From: a virus
Lineage: Duplodnaviria; Caudoviricetes
DNA: 64,000 nucleotides
Virus record (IMG/VR): IMGVR_UViG_3300005805_000065
Location: 19,572-83,571 of that record
Reading direction: 5' to 3' (one strand)
Shown here: positions 10,324-20,131 of the stretch, piece by piece
Layout: every line of letters starts with the position of its first letter
Numbering within the stretch: the first letter of the stretch is position 1
Position numbers and translations under genes: made by a program
Notes under the pieces: generated by a model
The model's input: the letters and a program-made list of their open reading frames with translations, nothing else
Database searches by the model: none
What the model was told of the DNA's origin: nothing

Positions 10324-11045
10324 AATCATTAAAACAGCTAAGAAAGCCAAAGGAAGTTGTAGTTATTGAATCAAAATCCCCGGCAGACTTGGAAAATACT
10401 CTATGTAAGGCAATAGATGACCAGCTTTTAAAGAAGAATGAAACAACTTTTAAAAAGGTTGGTGGTTTTCATCCAAGCTACACAAACCAATGTTCTAGGT
10501 ATTGGTATTATTTATTTGAAGGTGTAAATGTAACGCCAGATTTTAGTCCGCAAACTCATAGAATATTTGATAATGGTCATGCTGTTCATGAAAGATTGTA
10601 CAGTTACTTTAGAGATATGGGTATTCTTGTAGACGAAGAAATAAAAGTAACATACTCAGATCCGCCAATTGAAGGCACAGCAGATGGTATCATTAATTGG
10701 TATGGAGATAAGCTGATAGAGTTAAAATCAATTAGCTCTGAAGGCTTCCATTACAGACAGATTTATAAAAAACCAAAAGACGAACACTATCGTCAAGCTC
10801 AGATATATATGCAATGTTTAGATCTTGATGGTGGTTTTGTTATTTACGAAAACAAAAATAATCAAGAGATATTGCCAATTTATATTGAAAAAGATCAAGA
10901 CTTCATAGACAAATTATTTAAAAAATATAGAGAGTACTATGGAAACTTTGTAAGACAAAGTATTCCAGACAGACCATACAAGAGAACATCTAAAAATTGC
11001 TCTTCTTGTGATTTGGCTGCTTTATGCTGGGGAGATAGTGGATAG
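10320..11045 (+). CDS. Cas4-like PD-(D/E)XK exonuclease with Fe-S cysteines
   Basis: QCSRYWYY, GHAVHE, GTADG, IELKS, QAQIYM, CSSCDLAALC. Confidence 0.85.
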   Translation: MKSLKQLRKPKEVVVIESKSPADLENTLCKAIDDQLLKKNETTFKKVGGFHPSYTNQCSRYWYYLFEGVNVTPDFSPQTHRIFDNGHAVHERLYSYFRDMGILVDEEIKVTYSDPPIEGTADGIINWYGDKLIELKSISSEGFHYRQIYKKPKDEHYRQAQIYMQCLDLDGGFVIYENKNNQEILPIYIEKDQDFIDKLFKKYREYYGNFVRQSIPDRPYKRTSKNCSSCDLAALCWGDSG

Positions 11046-11349
11046 TGGTGTTTTTAGAGTTTGCAAAAACCAAGAGTGTAATAAAAAGTTTGAAGCAAAA
11101 GTCTACAATAGTATATATTGCTCTGCAGAATGTAGAAGGATAGTTACTAATAAAAAATTATTAGAAAACTATTACGAAAAAAAACGTAATAAAGGTAAGA
11201 AAAGAACTTGTGCAACTAACGGATGCACAACTGTATTGTCTCGTTACAATAAGGAAAATATATGCGAAAGGTGCAAAGACGAAAGGTTCATACAAAGGCT
11301 AGTAAGTTGGGGCTGGGACGAAGAAAAGCTTCGAAGAGAAAAAATGTGA
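11038..11349 (+). CDS. Cys-rich hypothetical protein
   Basis: CKNQEC..YCSAEC..CATNGC..CERC; GTG start after GGGGAG. Confidence 0.65.
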   Translation: MDSGVFRVCKNQECNKKFEAKVYNSIYCSAECRRIVTNKKLLENYYEKKRNKGKKRTCATNGCTTVLSRYNKENICERCKDERFIQRLVSWGWDEEKLRREKM

Positions 11350-11927
11350 ATATAAAGTCTATTGCCAAAAGCAACTTTACTAAAATTTTGTCTATAGATC
11401 CATCGTCACATTCTTTAGGCTGGGCTGTAATTGAGATGGGGGTTAGGCAACCTCGTTTGATAAAGTGTGGAAAAATTAAATTCCCTAAGTCCTCGGAAAT
11501 GCATATTAAATTTCAAGCAATAAATGATGGCTTAGCTGAAATATGTAATGAGTATAAACCAAATGAATGCGTAATAGAGCAATCTGTGTACATTCAAAAC
11601 TTTCAAACTAGCAGAATTATTTCTTATATCATCGGCTACTCTTGGGGTATTGCTCAAAACTACTGCTCTAAAGTTATTGATATCAATCCGATGATATGGA
11701 AACGCGGGATCGGTTATAAAAATCTTTCTAAACAAGATAAGGAATACCTCCTCACAGAGGCAAGCAAAAAGAAAGAGAGAAAAGATAGGGTGAGAGATAT
11801 TATCACCGGATATTTTGAAATGACAGAAGAAGATCTTGACGATGATGATATTATCGACGCAGTTGGTATTGGTTTATGGTATTATTTAATGTTGAGCGCA
11901 AATGGCACTAGAACCGTACAAAGATAA
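11346..11927 (+). CDS. ruvC: RuvC-like resolvase
   Basis: ILSIDPSSHSLGWA, VIEQ, DDIIDAVGIG catalytic pattern. Confidence 0.8.
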   Translation: MNIKSIAKSNFTKILSIDPSSHSLGWAVIEMGVRQPRLIKCGKIKFPKSSEMHIKFQAINDGLAEICNEYKPNECVIEQSVYIQNFQTSRIISYIIGYSWGIAQNYCSKVIDINPMIWKRGIGYKNLSKQDKEYLLTEASKKKERKDRVRDIITGYFEMTEEDLDDDDIIDAVGIGLWYYLMLSANGTRTVQR

Positions 11928-12198
11928 AAGTTGGCTATACGAGCACTATGTTCGTAAGAGGATGAATCTTACTGACATTGTTAAGCTTCTTAAACAAACA
12001 TATAATATAGATATTACACCACAAGGTTTATATAACTGGTGTGACAAATATGATCTTCTTAGATTTAGAGGTAAAGGTAGAAATCTTGCTTCAACAGCTA
12101 AGAGAAGACCGCAATCTCCAATGCAAAAACAAGTTGAGCAAAGGAAGCGTGAAAGAAGAAAGCAAGTACAAATGAGAAAGAAAGGTTTTGGAAAATAA
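11902..12198 (+). CDS. HTH-like DNA-binding protein
   Basis: WLYEHYV...LTDIVK...QGLYNW, basic C-terminus. Confidence 0.55.
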   Translation: MALEPYKDKSWLYEHYVRKRMNLTDIVKLLKQTYNIDITPQGLYNWCDKYDLLRFRGKGRNLASTAKRRPQSPMQKQVEQRKRERRKQVQMRKKGFGK

Positions 12199-12989
12199 TG
12201 CAAAGAAAAGTAGCAATAGGTGATATTGCAATTTTTGGTGAAATGGACATGCTCTATAACCAAGTTCGTGTTCTTGAGGCAAGGCAAAATGAAACTCAAT
12301 TTAAATGCCTTGGATCCGGCACATGTTGCAAGATAGGAATTACTATACACATGGCTGAGTGTGCAAATATTGCTTACAATATAAACAGGCAATATTATTT
12401 GCATCTTGAAAATAAAGGTGAGCAGTTTGCAAAAGAATGGTTTGATGAAGTTGTAAATAACTTAAAAGAAGCTATGTATGACGATAGCTGGGAATTTGGC
12501 GGCGAAACAAAAAGATGGTGCGCGTTTTATAAAAACGGTTGTACTATTTATGGTTTTCGACCGATGGTATGTAGAAGTTTTGGCACGATAGCCGGAGTTG
12601 ATGACTACTGCCCTCGTATTAGAAATGCTTATGGTAATATCGATTTCTTTGCCGGGGAGCCAGTCGAGAATACAATTAGGCAATTTCAATTCTTATTAAA
12701 GAAATACGCCGAAGATAAAGATTCAAATTACGATGTTGTTGTGTATATGCCATTAGGTGTTCTTAGTTTTTTGATCTCCACAGAGGAGTTGCAAAAATTA
12801 GCTGACACTACAGACGATAAGATGTGGCGAGCCGTTCAAGGATGGTACAATTATAGAGTTGAGTACACAAAAATTCATGGGTTGCCGCTACCAAGATTAA
12901 AGCAAGAAGCCGAGGCTGCCGGTGGAGTGATTGGATTTAAAATTGATGAAGATACAATGGACAACAGCAGTAGTATTGAGCAAGTCTGA
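12198..12989 (+). CDS. YkgJ-like (CxxCxxCC) Fe-S/Zn-chelating protein
   Basis: FKCLGSGTCC...CAFYKNGCTIYGFRPMVCRSFG. Confidence 0.75.
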   Translation: MQRKVAIGDIAIFGEMDMLYNQVRVLEARQNETQFKCLGSGTCCKIGITIHMAECANIAYNINRQYYLHLENKGEQFAKEWFDEVVNNLKEAMYDDSWEFGGETKRWCAFYKNGCTIYGFRPMVCRSFGTIAGVDDYCPRIRNAYGNIDFFAGEPVENTIRQFQFLLKKYAEDKDSNYDVVVYMPLGVLSFLISTEELQKLADTTDDKMWRAVQGWYNYRVEYTKIHGLPLPRLKQEAEAAGGVIGFKIDEDTMDNSSSIEQV

Positions 12990-14040
12990 GGGCTACAGTG
13001 ATTCTGCCTCATATCTTAAATTTCATTTAGCAAAAGACTTTGATTTAATTGAAGATAATATAACTGATCCAAGTCGGGAGCAGTTGGATGAGATAAGAAA
13101 GATGCATAATGCTGGGATAGGGTTTATGTATGAAAAAACTACAAGGTCTGCTGATGTTTATGTGCACAATGCACTTCCAATAATTTTTAGTAAAAAATCT
13201 GGATATAATGTATGCTTCACATATTGGGAGACAAACAAAATACCCTCCGGTTGGCTGGATTCAATCAACAGTGCAGATGAGCTATGGACAACATCCAAAT
13301 GGGCTAAAGATGTATTTATCAATTCTGGTGTCAAGATACCTGTGTATGATTTCAAGCTTGGTGTTAATTCCTTGAATTACTTCCCGCCAGCAAAGCCCAA
13401 AGATCTGGTAAAAGATAAATTTACCTTCTTGTGCATAGGCTCTCCTTCGACTCGTAAGAACTCCCAGATGTCCGTAGACGCTTTTCTAAAGCTGTTTAGT
13501 GGCAATGACAGATTCCACATGATTTATAAATCAAATGGTCCCCCAGACGCTAGGTTGAACAATAATATTCCTGATGCAAGAATGCCATTAAATGCGCACT
13601 CTAGGATAAAAGTTATTGACTGGCAGGTTAGTGAGGAAGATCTTGCTGGGATATACGATCAAGTTGATTGCGTTCTTTACCCTACAAGCGGTGAAGGATG
13701 GGGCTTGCTTCCTATTCAAGGTATAGCTAAAGGGATCCCGACTATTTGCACTAATGCAACTGCATGCACAGAGTTTGCAGAGCTGTCTATTCCTCTTAAT
13801 TTTAAATGGGGAACAAAGAATATGTTTGGCATTTACGATGGATGTGGTGACTGGGCTGAGCCGGATTTCGATGATTTATGTGATAAAATGTTATATGTTG
13901 TAAATAACTATGATGAGGCTGCTAAAAAGACATTTGATGGCGCACAATGGGTTCACCAAAATCTTACTTGGGATAAGGTAAGTGAGGGATATAAAGAGAG
14001 ATTATGTCAGATATCGAGCACGTTAAAAACAAATCTTTAA
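12946..14040 (+). CDS. glycosyltransferase family 4 (GT-B)
   Basis: WETNKIP, RKN, YPTSGEGWGLLPIQGIAKGIPTI. Confidence 0.88.
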   Translation: MKIQWTTAVVLSKSEGYSDSASYLKFHLAKDFDLIEDNITDPSREQLDEIRKMHNAGIGFMYEKTTRSADVYVHNALPIIFSKKSGYNVCFTYWETNKIPSGWLDSINSADELWTTSKWAKDVFINSGVKIPVYDFKLGVNSLNYFPPAKPKDLVKDKFTFLCIGSPSTRKNSQMSVDAFLKLFSGNDRFHMIYKSNGPPDARLNNNIPDARMPLNAHSRIKVIDWQVSEEDLAGIYDQVDCVLYPTSGEGWGLLPIQGIAKGIPTICTNATACTEFAELSIPLNFKWGTKNMFGIYDGCGDWAEPDFDDLCDKMLYVVNNYDEAAKKTFDGAQWVHQNLTWDKVSEGYKERLCQISSTLKTNL

Positions 14041-14612
14041 TTGATAAAATTAAAGATGTAGAGCAAGTTGGATTGCTGCATGTTAAAGGATACAGCAATA
14101 GGGAAATTGGCGCTCTCATGTCATTAAAGCCAAATGAAGTCAAAGAGTATGTTGAAGAATATAAAAATATTTTAAATAAAACTGTAGAGGAAGATCCCTA
14201 CTTTTTAGAGCGCGTTCAGTTTAATACAATAAAAGCCTTGCAAGAGTTTGATCAGCTAAGCAAGGAGGCTTGGGAGACAATCACTATTGCTACTGACAAT
14301 GGAATGGTCGCTGCAAGAATACAGGCAATTAAGCTTGCCGGGGAAATAGCCGGGAAAAAAGCTCAGTTACATAAGCTGATGGGCGGCAATCAGGCTGATG
14401 GAGAATACATTGCAAGAATGCAGAAAGCAGAGAATGTTAATCAAATTCTGTCTAAGATATTGAGGGATGTTATTGGCAAGCACCCGGCAATTGCGGAAGA
14501 AGTTAGGAAAGAATTAGAAATCGCATTTGAAATTATGTCCGGAGAAAGAGTTGATCTTTCTAAAGAGGGCGCTATTGATACAGATTCATCAGAATTTGAG
14601 AACGAGAATTAG
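14004..14612 (+). CDS. putative terminase small subunit (HTH + helical)
   Basis: GYSNREIGALM HTH; directly upstream of large terminase. Confidence 0.55.
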   Translation: MSDIEHVKNKSLIDKIKDVEQVGLLHVKGYSNREIGALMSLKPNEVKEYVEEYKNILNKTVEEDPYFLERVQFNTIKALQEFDQLSKEAWETITIATDNGMVAARIQAIKLAGEIAGKKAQLHKLMGGNQADGEYIARMQKAENVNQILSKILRDVIGKHPAIAEEVRKELEIAFEIMSGERVDLSKEGAIDTDSSEFENEN

Positions 14613-14737
14613 AGCCTTTATGTCAGAATTTGAGAACGCTGTTTGGACCCTTTATGCCCAGAATTTGAGAACGGATTTTGAAGCCTTTATGTCATTTAAC
14701 CAGAATTTGAGAACGGGTTTTGACCCCTTTATGTCAT
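14590..14737. repeat. four imperfect direct repeats CAGAATTTGAGAACG-N(8-9)-CCTTTATG(T/C)C
   Basis: 15-mer starts at 14590, 14624, 14659, 14701 (periods 34, 35, 42). Confidence 0.92.
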
Positions 14738-14753
14738 ATGTTGGAGAATAATT

Positions 14754-16493
14754 ATGTCTGAGTATCTTGGAATTAATTTGGAATTTGCAGACTTTGATAG
14801 ATTGCTTAGGCAAGATGAATTGATGGAACAACCTGTATCTATTGAAACATTCGTACAAGAAAAGAAATATCTTGGGCTGCCGCCATTGTCTCCTATACAA
14901 CTTGAAATAGTCCGGCACAGTACGCAGATCTTTAAGCTGCCTACTTTGCAAAAGCTTATGGGTGAACATGAAGGTCTCGAATACTATAAGAAATATACAG
15001 ATAATGAAGTGATTTGCATGTTAGGTAAAGGTTCTGGGAAAGACCACTGTAGCAGAATTTCCATCGCTTACACGGCGTATTTGCTACATTGTTTGCGTGA
15101 TCCTCTCGGTTATTATGGCAAAGCAAATGGTGTATACATCGACCTATTAAACCTTGCCGTAAACGCGCAGCAGGCTCAAAGAGTTTTTTTCGAGCCCTTA
15201 AAAAATCTATTGCTTGGGTCTCCGTATTTTAATAGCGTTGGATTTGAACCCAGAGTTTCAGAAATATTTTTCTTTTCCAGACCGGTAAGGTTATTCTCAG
15301 GTCACTCAGAAAGTGAAGGCTGGGAAGGTTATGAAGTATTAACTATAGTCTTAGACGAAATATCAGCTTTTAAAACAGATACTGAATTAAAAGGTGACAC
15401 TAGAGCTAAAGGATCAGCTTCTGCAATCTATAACATGAGTAAGTTATCCGTAATGTCAAGATTCCCAGAAGTTGGAAAAGTAATTCTATTGTCATTCCCT
15501 AGATATAAAGGTGACTTTATTCAGCAGAGATATTTTGGTGCTAGAGATAAAAATGAGCCAAAAACGTGGTCTATAAAAGCGGCAACTTGGGAAGTTAATC
15601 CAACAATAAAAAGATCTGATCTTGAATCTGAATACATAAGAAATCCAATAGAAGCTGCATCAAGATTTGAGTGTGAACCACCTACAATGGAAGACGCATA
15701 TTTTAGAGATGAAGAATTAGTTAGAAAAGCATTTATGTACGCAGATGATCCAGTAGATGAAGATGGAAGATTTCATAAATGGTTTAATAGCTCTGATGGT
15801 CATAGAAGATTTATACACGTTGACCTAGGATTTAAGAGAGATAGATCTGCTTTATGCATGACTCATTGTGCTGGATTTAAAGAAGTTAAAACATCGATGG
15901 GTGTAGAAAAGCTCCCAGTTATAAATGTTGATTTAGTATATTCATGGGAAGCTGCTCCTGGCGAAGAAATTAATTTTGCGTCTGTTAGGCAGATGATCGT
16001 GGATTTATGTAGAAAATTTGATGTAGCTAAAGTTACGTTTGATAGATGGCAATCTATTGAAATGATTCAGAGTTTGAGAGCGCAAGGAATCGCTGCAGAC
16101 TTTCATAGCGTTAAGAAGAGTGACTATGACACATTGATGACATCTATATATGATACAAGATTAAGAGGGTATTGGAATGAAATATTGGTAAATGAAGAGC
16201 TCCTTAAGCTTAGATTATTTAGTAATAATAAAATCGATCACCCTTCTAGTGGTTCAAAAGATATGGCAGACGCACTAGCCGGCTCAGTATATAGTTGTGT
16301 AGAAAATATAGCAGTCGAACAAGAAGTTGAGATAGAAGTCTTAGATTTTTCTGTACAGTCAGAGATTGATGAAGATCTCGAAGATTTTGGTACAGTAAGC
16401 GTGTATAATCATAATTTGAGACAATTCACGCCGGGATATAAAGAAACTAATGTGCCGGGTCAGGAGGTGGGAAAATGGATAGAATCGATATAA
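14754..16493 (+). CDS. terminase large subunit
   Basis: GKGSGKD Walker A, IVLDE Walker B, HVDLG/FDRW/SKDMADA nuclease motifs. Confidence 0.92.
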   Translation: MSEYLGINLEFADFDRLLRQDELMEQPVSIETFVQEKKYLGLPPLSPIQLEIVRHSTQIFKLPTLQKLMGEHEGLEYYKKYTDNEVICMLGKGSGKDHCSRISIAYTAYLLHCLRDPLGYYGKANGVYIDLLNLAVNAQQAQRVFFEPLKNLLLGSPYFNSVGFEPRVSEIFFFSRPVRLFSGHSESEGWEGYEVLTIVLDEISAFKTDTELKGDTRAKGSASAIYNMSKLSVMSRFPEVGKVILLSFPRYKGDFIQQRYFGARDKNEPKTWSIKAATWEVNPTIKRSDLESEYIRNPIEAASRFECEPPTMEDAYFRDEELVRKAFMYADDPVDEDGRFHKWFNSSDGHRRFIHVDLGFKRDRSALCMTHCAGFKEVKTSMGVEKLPVINVDLVYSWEAAPGEEINFASVRQMIVDLCRKFDVAKVTFDRWQSIEMIQSLRAQGIAADFHSVKKSDYDTLMTSIYDTRLRGYWNEILVNEELLKLRLFSNNKIDHPSSGSKDMADALAGSVYSCVENIAVEQEVEIEVLDFSVQSEIDEDLEDFGTVSVYNHNLRQFTPGYKETNVPGQEVGKWIESI

Positions 16494-16651
16494 ATAAAAA
16501 CATACAAGTTGAAGCAGCAGAAGTCATAGCTATTCTTACAGACAAGATCGCTGACTTGACAGCTCAAAATGCAGTTCTTACTGCACAAGTAAATGGATTG
16601 GTTAGAATGATCAATCAGACACAGGAAAAAAACTCTTTGAAAGAAGTTTAG
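16475..16651 (+). CDS. small coiled-coil protein (58 aa, below ORF-track cutoff)
   Basis: AGGAGG RBS; MDRIDINK...LTAQNAVLTAQV...EV*. Confidence 0.65.
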   Translation: MDRIDINKNIQVEAAEVIAILTDKIADLTAQNAVLTAQVNGLVRMINQTQEKNSLKEV

Positions 16652-16738
16652 CGAACGCTGTATAGTCTTTTGCAAATATGCTACGCTCTACCTTGTCGTC
16701 GCATGGCGATAAAAACAACTAGTAAATAGGAGCATAAA

Positions 16739-17080
16739 ATGCAAATTAATCAAGCAAGTAATTTCCCAGTTATTTCACGCAGTGGTCGTACATCTGCTGA
16801 TCTTCAGCAAATTATCGATACATTGGTGCTGTCATCTGAAACCGGAAATGCATATTCAATTGCAGGAATTCAGGCTGGCAAGAGATACAATTCAATGCAA
16901 CAGAGAATTCGTGCTCAGGCTAAAAAGTTAAATCTGCATGTTCAGATTCACTTTGATAAAGTCAATGAAACTCTTTATTTCAGAGTTCCTGGAAAAGATG
17001 ACGTGCAAGTAACCATCACCAAGAATACCTCGGTGAAGGCAAAGGATGTTAAAAACGTCAAGACCACGGTTAAGGCGTAA
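16739..17080 (+). CDS. hypothetical protein, possible distant homologue of the triplicated cassette family
   Basis: TAGGAG RBS, own terminator; shared RxGR...AY...R(I/V)R..A...VxIxW/F pattern. Confidence 0.7.
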   Translation: MQINQASNFPVISRSGRTSADLQQIIDTLVLSSETGNAYSIAGIQAGKRYNSMQQRIRAQAKKLNLHVQIHFDKVNETLYFRVPGKDDVQVTITKNTSVKAKDVKNVKTTVKA

Positions 17081-17117
17081 TTAACAAATCTAGAAACAAA
17101 TAGCAATATTTTTTCGG

Positions 17118-17144
17118 GTGGGGCGCAAGCCCCACTTTTTTTTT
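17118..17144 (+). terminator. intrinsic terminator
   Basis: GTGGGGC-GCAA-GCCCCAC followed by T9. Confidence 0.9.
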
Positions 17145-17152
17145 AGTATACT

Positions 17153-17977
17153 TTGCTTATGCCATTATTTGAGACACAAAAAATCGAAATTAGCAAAGAA
17201 ATCACTTCTAAGTGGAATGTTCTAATCGCAATACCTTGTTATGATCAATTAATATCTGAACCGACAGTTTTATCATTAATCAAAACTATGATGTATTTTA
17301 GAGATCATGGAATTAAATTCGGTCTCTGCACAATTACTGACAGCCTAATCAACAGGGCTAGAAATAATGTTGTTGCCAAGTTTATGGCGTTTGATAAAGC
17401 TACGCATTTAATGTTTATTGATGCTGACATTGCGTGGGAGCCGGAAGCTATTATAAAGCTTCTTTGGCATGATAAAGATGTTATTACTGCAGCTTACCCA
17501 ATAAAACAAATTGAGTGGGGTAGGGTTGAAGAAAATGTAAAGGCTGGAATGTCAAAAGATCTGCTTTTAGAAAACAGCGTTAGATTTGTTGTCAACCCTG
17601 TTAAAACTGCAGACAATAGAACTCTTAATGTAAGCAATGGTGCGATAGAAATCTTTGATGCCGGCACAGGGTTTATGTTAATTAAGAAAGAAGTTATTCA
17701 TAAATTAATTGAGAAGCACCCGGAGCTTAAATATAATGATGACACTGGTGCTTTAAATGACGAAGAAAAGAATTGGACTTATGCTTTCTTTAATTCGTAT
17801 ATTGATCCACATCTTAATAGATTCCTTTCTGAAGATTATGGATTCTGTAGGTATTGGCAAAACATTGGCGGCAAGATTTGGGTTGAGCCAGGTATTGAAT
17901 TAACACATATAGGTCGTATGAAATATAAAGGAACTATGATGTCATTCATAGAGAAGCACGCAAAGGTAGTCGAGTAA
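17153..17977 (+). CDS. glycosyltransferase family 2-like (GT-A)
   Basis: LIAIPCY, LMFIDADI, GTGFMLI, LSEDYGFC. Confidence 0.8.
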   Translation: MLMPLFETQKIEISKEITSKWNVLIAIPCYDQLISEPTVLSLIKTMMYFRDHGIKFGLCTITDSLINRARNNVVAKFMAFDKATHLMFIDADIAWEPEAIIKLLWHDKDVITAAYPIKQIEWGRVEENVKAGMSKDLLLENSVRFVVNPVKTADNRTLNVSNGAIEIFDAGTGFMLIKKEVIHKLIEKHPELKYNDDTGALNDEEKNWTYAFFNSYIDPHLNRFLSEDYGFCRYWQNIGGKIWVEPGIELTHIGRMKYKGTMMSFIEKHAKVVE

Positions 17978-18378
17978 TTTGGAATCGGTTTGAAAAGTGG
18001 ATTTTATTTACAAGCCCTGATACCCTAAGAAACATATACTAAAATTCATAGAAAAATAGAAAAGAACACGGGTGGTTCATTTGCTATATTCTTTAGTGAT
18101 GTCCGGTAAACGTATATTAAATTTTGTTTATTAATTGGTTCATAACGAGCCCCGCAAAATAGTTATTTAGATCGTTGTCCGATCATTCTTTAATAAAGCC
18201 TTTATGGCTGCTGTTTAGCCCTGTGCGATTTCCTGTGCGAAAAAAAGAATTTCAAATATTTCTTTCCCGCGAGGTTGTTGTTTTTTTTTCTATGCGATAC
18301 CCTGACTAGGTCGCACCCAATGCGACCATAAATAACTTTACAAATAAATAAATAAACAACCTAAGAAAGGCATTATTC

Positions 18379-18801
18379 GTGACAAATCTATCTGATTACA
18401 AACAGTGTTACACAGACGCATTGGCATACGCATTGCGTAATGCCAAGATAGACTTAGAGTTTCTCAAAGTTTATCGCAAACTTATTGGCTTAGAACTAGC
18501 GTTCGGCACAACTGAGTATGGTACTATTACTCATTTCAAAGACATTAGTGAACGCCGTGATACACGCACATACGCTATTACAAACAAAGGCTTTGAGTTT
18601 GAGTGTAATCAGTTATTGGATTTGCTATTGCTTATCCAAATGCGAGCCGAAGGTAAAGAGATTGTTTATCCACAAGGTTCAGATTACGCACAGTCTTGGG
18701 TAAAACCAAAGCGTAGGCGTAAAACAAAAGTAGTTGATGGTTCTATGTTTATTCACCCATCACAGTTTGATTATTACACAAACGGAAAGAAAGGTAAATA
18801 G
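18379..18801 (+). CDS. hypothetical protein
   Basis: First gene of accessory run; AGAAAGG RBS. Confidence 0.6.
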   Translation: MTNLSDYKQCYTDALAYALRNAKIDLEFLKVYRKLIGLELAFGTTEYGTITHFKDISERRDTRTYAITNKGFEFECNQLLDLLLLIQMRAEGKEIVYPQGSDYAQSWVKPKRRRKTKVVDGSMFIHPSQFDYYTNGKKGK

Positions 18802-18803
18802 CA

Positions 18804-19388
18804 ATGGCTAAAATCAGTCTCAAAGATGTGGAAAATCGTATTGTAAAGCGAACGGTTGTTCCATACGCAAAATCTAATAAAGTCAATGTAAATGACTTGA
18901 TAAAGTCTGGTCGCATTCGTAAACGAAAGAAAAAGAAAGTCGTACACAAATCTTTCCCTGTAAAGTGTATTACATACGATACACCAGAAGAAATTCAATT
19001 TATGAAGTCATTACTTCGTATGCGAGTTATTACAAATACTCACAAAGGCATTACTATTGACCTAGGTGAAGAAGATTTATTTCTTCGCCTAAATCAAATC
19101 GATCAACTCAAACTCATTATTGGACTGCTTCAATCTGGTATTGATGTAACTATTGATGAGTGTGTTGAGCAATCAAATGACGAAAACATCAAGCAAATCA
19201 AAGCTAAACTAGATAGCCTAGAAAAGCTGGAAGCTGAAAGGCAACTACAAAAAGTAGCGACATTAGAAAAGCTAATGTGGATTCGTTATGGCAACAAAGG
19301 CAATCGCGATCCAATTCAAAAACAAAAAGAACTTGCTGAGTTTAGACAGCAAATGAAAGAAATACGAAAGGCAAAAGGTTTAGAGTAG
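18804..19388 (+). CDS. hypothetical basic protein
   Basis: 194-aa ORF, K/R-rich. Confidence 0.6.
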   Translation: MAKISLKDVENRIVKRTVVPYAKSNKVNVNDLIKSGRIRKRKKKKVVHKSFPVKCITYDTPEEIQFMKSLLRMRVITNTHKGITIDLGEEDLFLRLNQIDQLKLIIGLLQSGIDVTIDECVEQSNDENIKQIKAKLDSLEKLEAERQLQKVATLEKLMWIRYGNKGNRDPIQKQKELAEFRQQMKEIRKAKGLE

Positions 19389-19582
19389 TGGATAATAAAA
19401 CTAAAAATCAACTTCTAAACGAACTTGAAAATTTAACTAGAAATATGGATATTCCTTTGAATAAGCAAAAAGACCCACATTGGTTATCTAGAAATGCTGA
19501 TATAAATAATCCTGGTCATAAAAACCTTGATAAGATTACAAAAATTTGTAAACTTCTAATGAAAGAAGAAAGCAATGGCTAA
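19388..19582 (+). CDS. hypothetical protein
   Basis: Coupled ORF. Confidence 0.5.
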   Translation: MDNKTKNQLLNELENLTRNMDIPLNKQKDPHWLSRNADINNPGHKNLDKITKICKLLMKEESNG

Positions 19583-19799
19583 ATGTGTTTATTGCAATAA
19601 TGAGTACATAGAAGAAAGAAAAGAAGCCGGCTTTGATTATTGTCTATCAGATTCTTGTTATAAACAAGGAGTTGATAAAACAGAAAGGGAGTTTAGAAAA
19701 GAATACACTCCGGCACTATTGCATAAATCAAATTATTTCTGGATCAAAAAAACAGAACTAGCAACCCTAAATACAAGAGGAGATTTACCAAACCAATGA
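19575..19799 (+). CDS. hypothetical Cys-containing protein
   Basis: CVYC...YCLSDSC. Confidence 0.55.
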   Translation: MAKCVYCNNEYIEERKEAGFDYCLSDSCYKQGVDKTEREFRKEYTPALLHKSNYFWIKKTELATLNTRGDLPNQ

Positions 19800-20131
19800 A
19801 GAAAAATTGTACAACTTGTAATCAAGAGCTAAAACCGGTATTTGAAAACTTTCCATTTAGCAAAGAGAGATTGCTTCAAATAGATTCCGGCATTTCATTT
19901 GCTATTTACGGTGGATATGGCGAGTTCTTTGATTCACCTTTTGAAAAAGATGGCTACGAAGAACCAAGTGAATTTAATCTTTGTCATAATTGCGCTGTTA
20001 AAGTGTTTGAAATACTTGATCCAAAACTTAGATTTAAAGGTGGACATCCAACAATAAATGAAGATGGTTCAAAATGCTGTAAATGGGCATGGACAAAAGA
20101 AGAAGTAGAGCTGGAAAGTGAAGGGATTTAA
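19796..20131 (+). CDS. hypothetical zinc-binding protein
   Basis: CTTC...LCHNC. Confidence 0.55.
   Translation: MKKNCTTCNQELKPVFENFPFSKERLLQIDSGISFAIYGGYGEFFDSPFEKDGYEEPSEFNLCHNCAVKVFEILDPKLRFKGGHPTINEDGSKCCKWAWTKEEVELESEGI

Noticed and set aside
14590-14737. CRISPR array
   Set aside because: Constant part only 15 bp, variable parts 8-9 bp, no palindromic repeat, no cas operon. The Cas4-like gene is a common standalone phage nuclease.
14527-14751. 74-aa ORF with QNLRT repeats
   Set aside because: It is simply the translation of the DNA repeats, overlaps terS out of frame and has no RBS.
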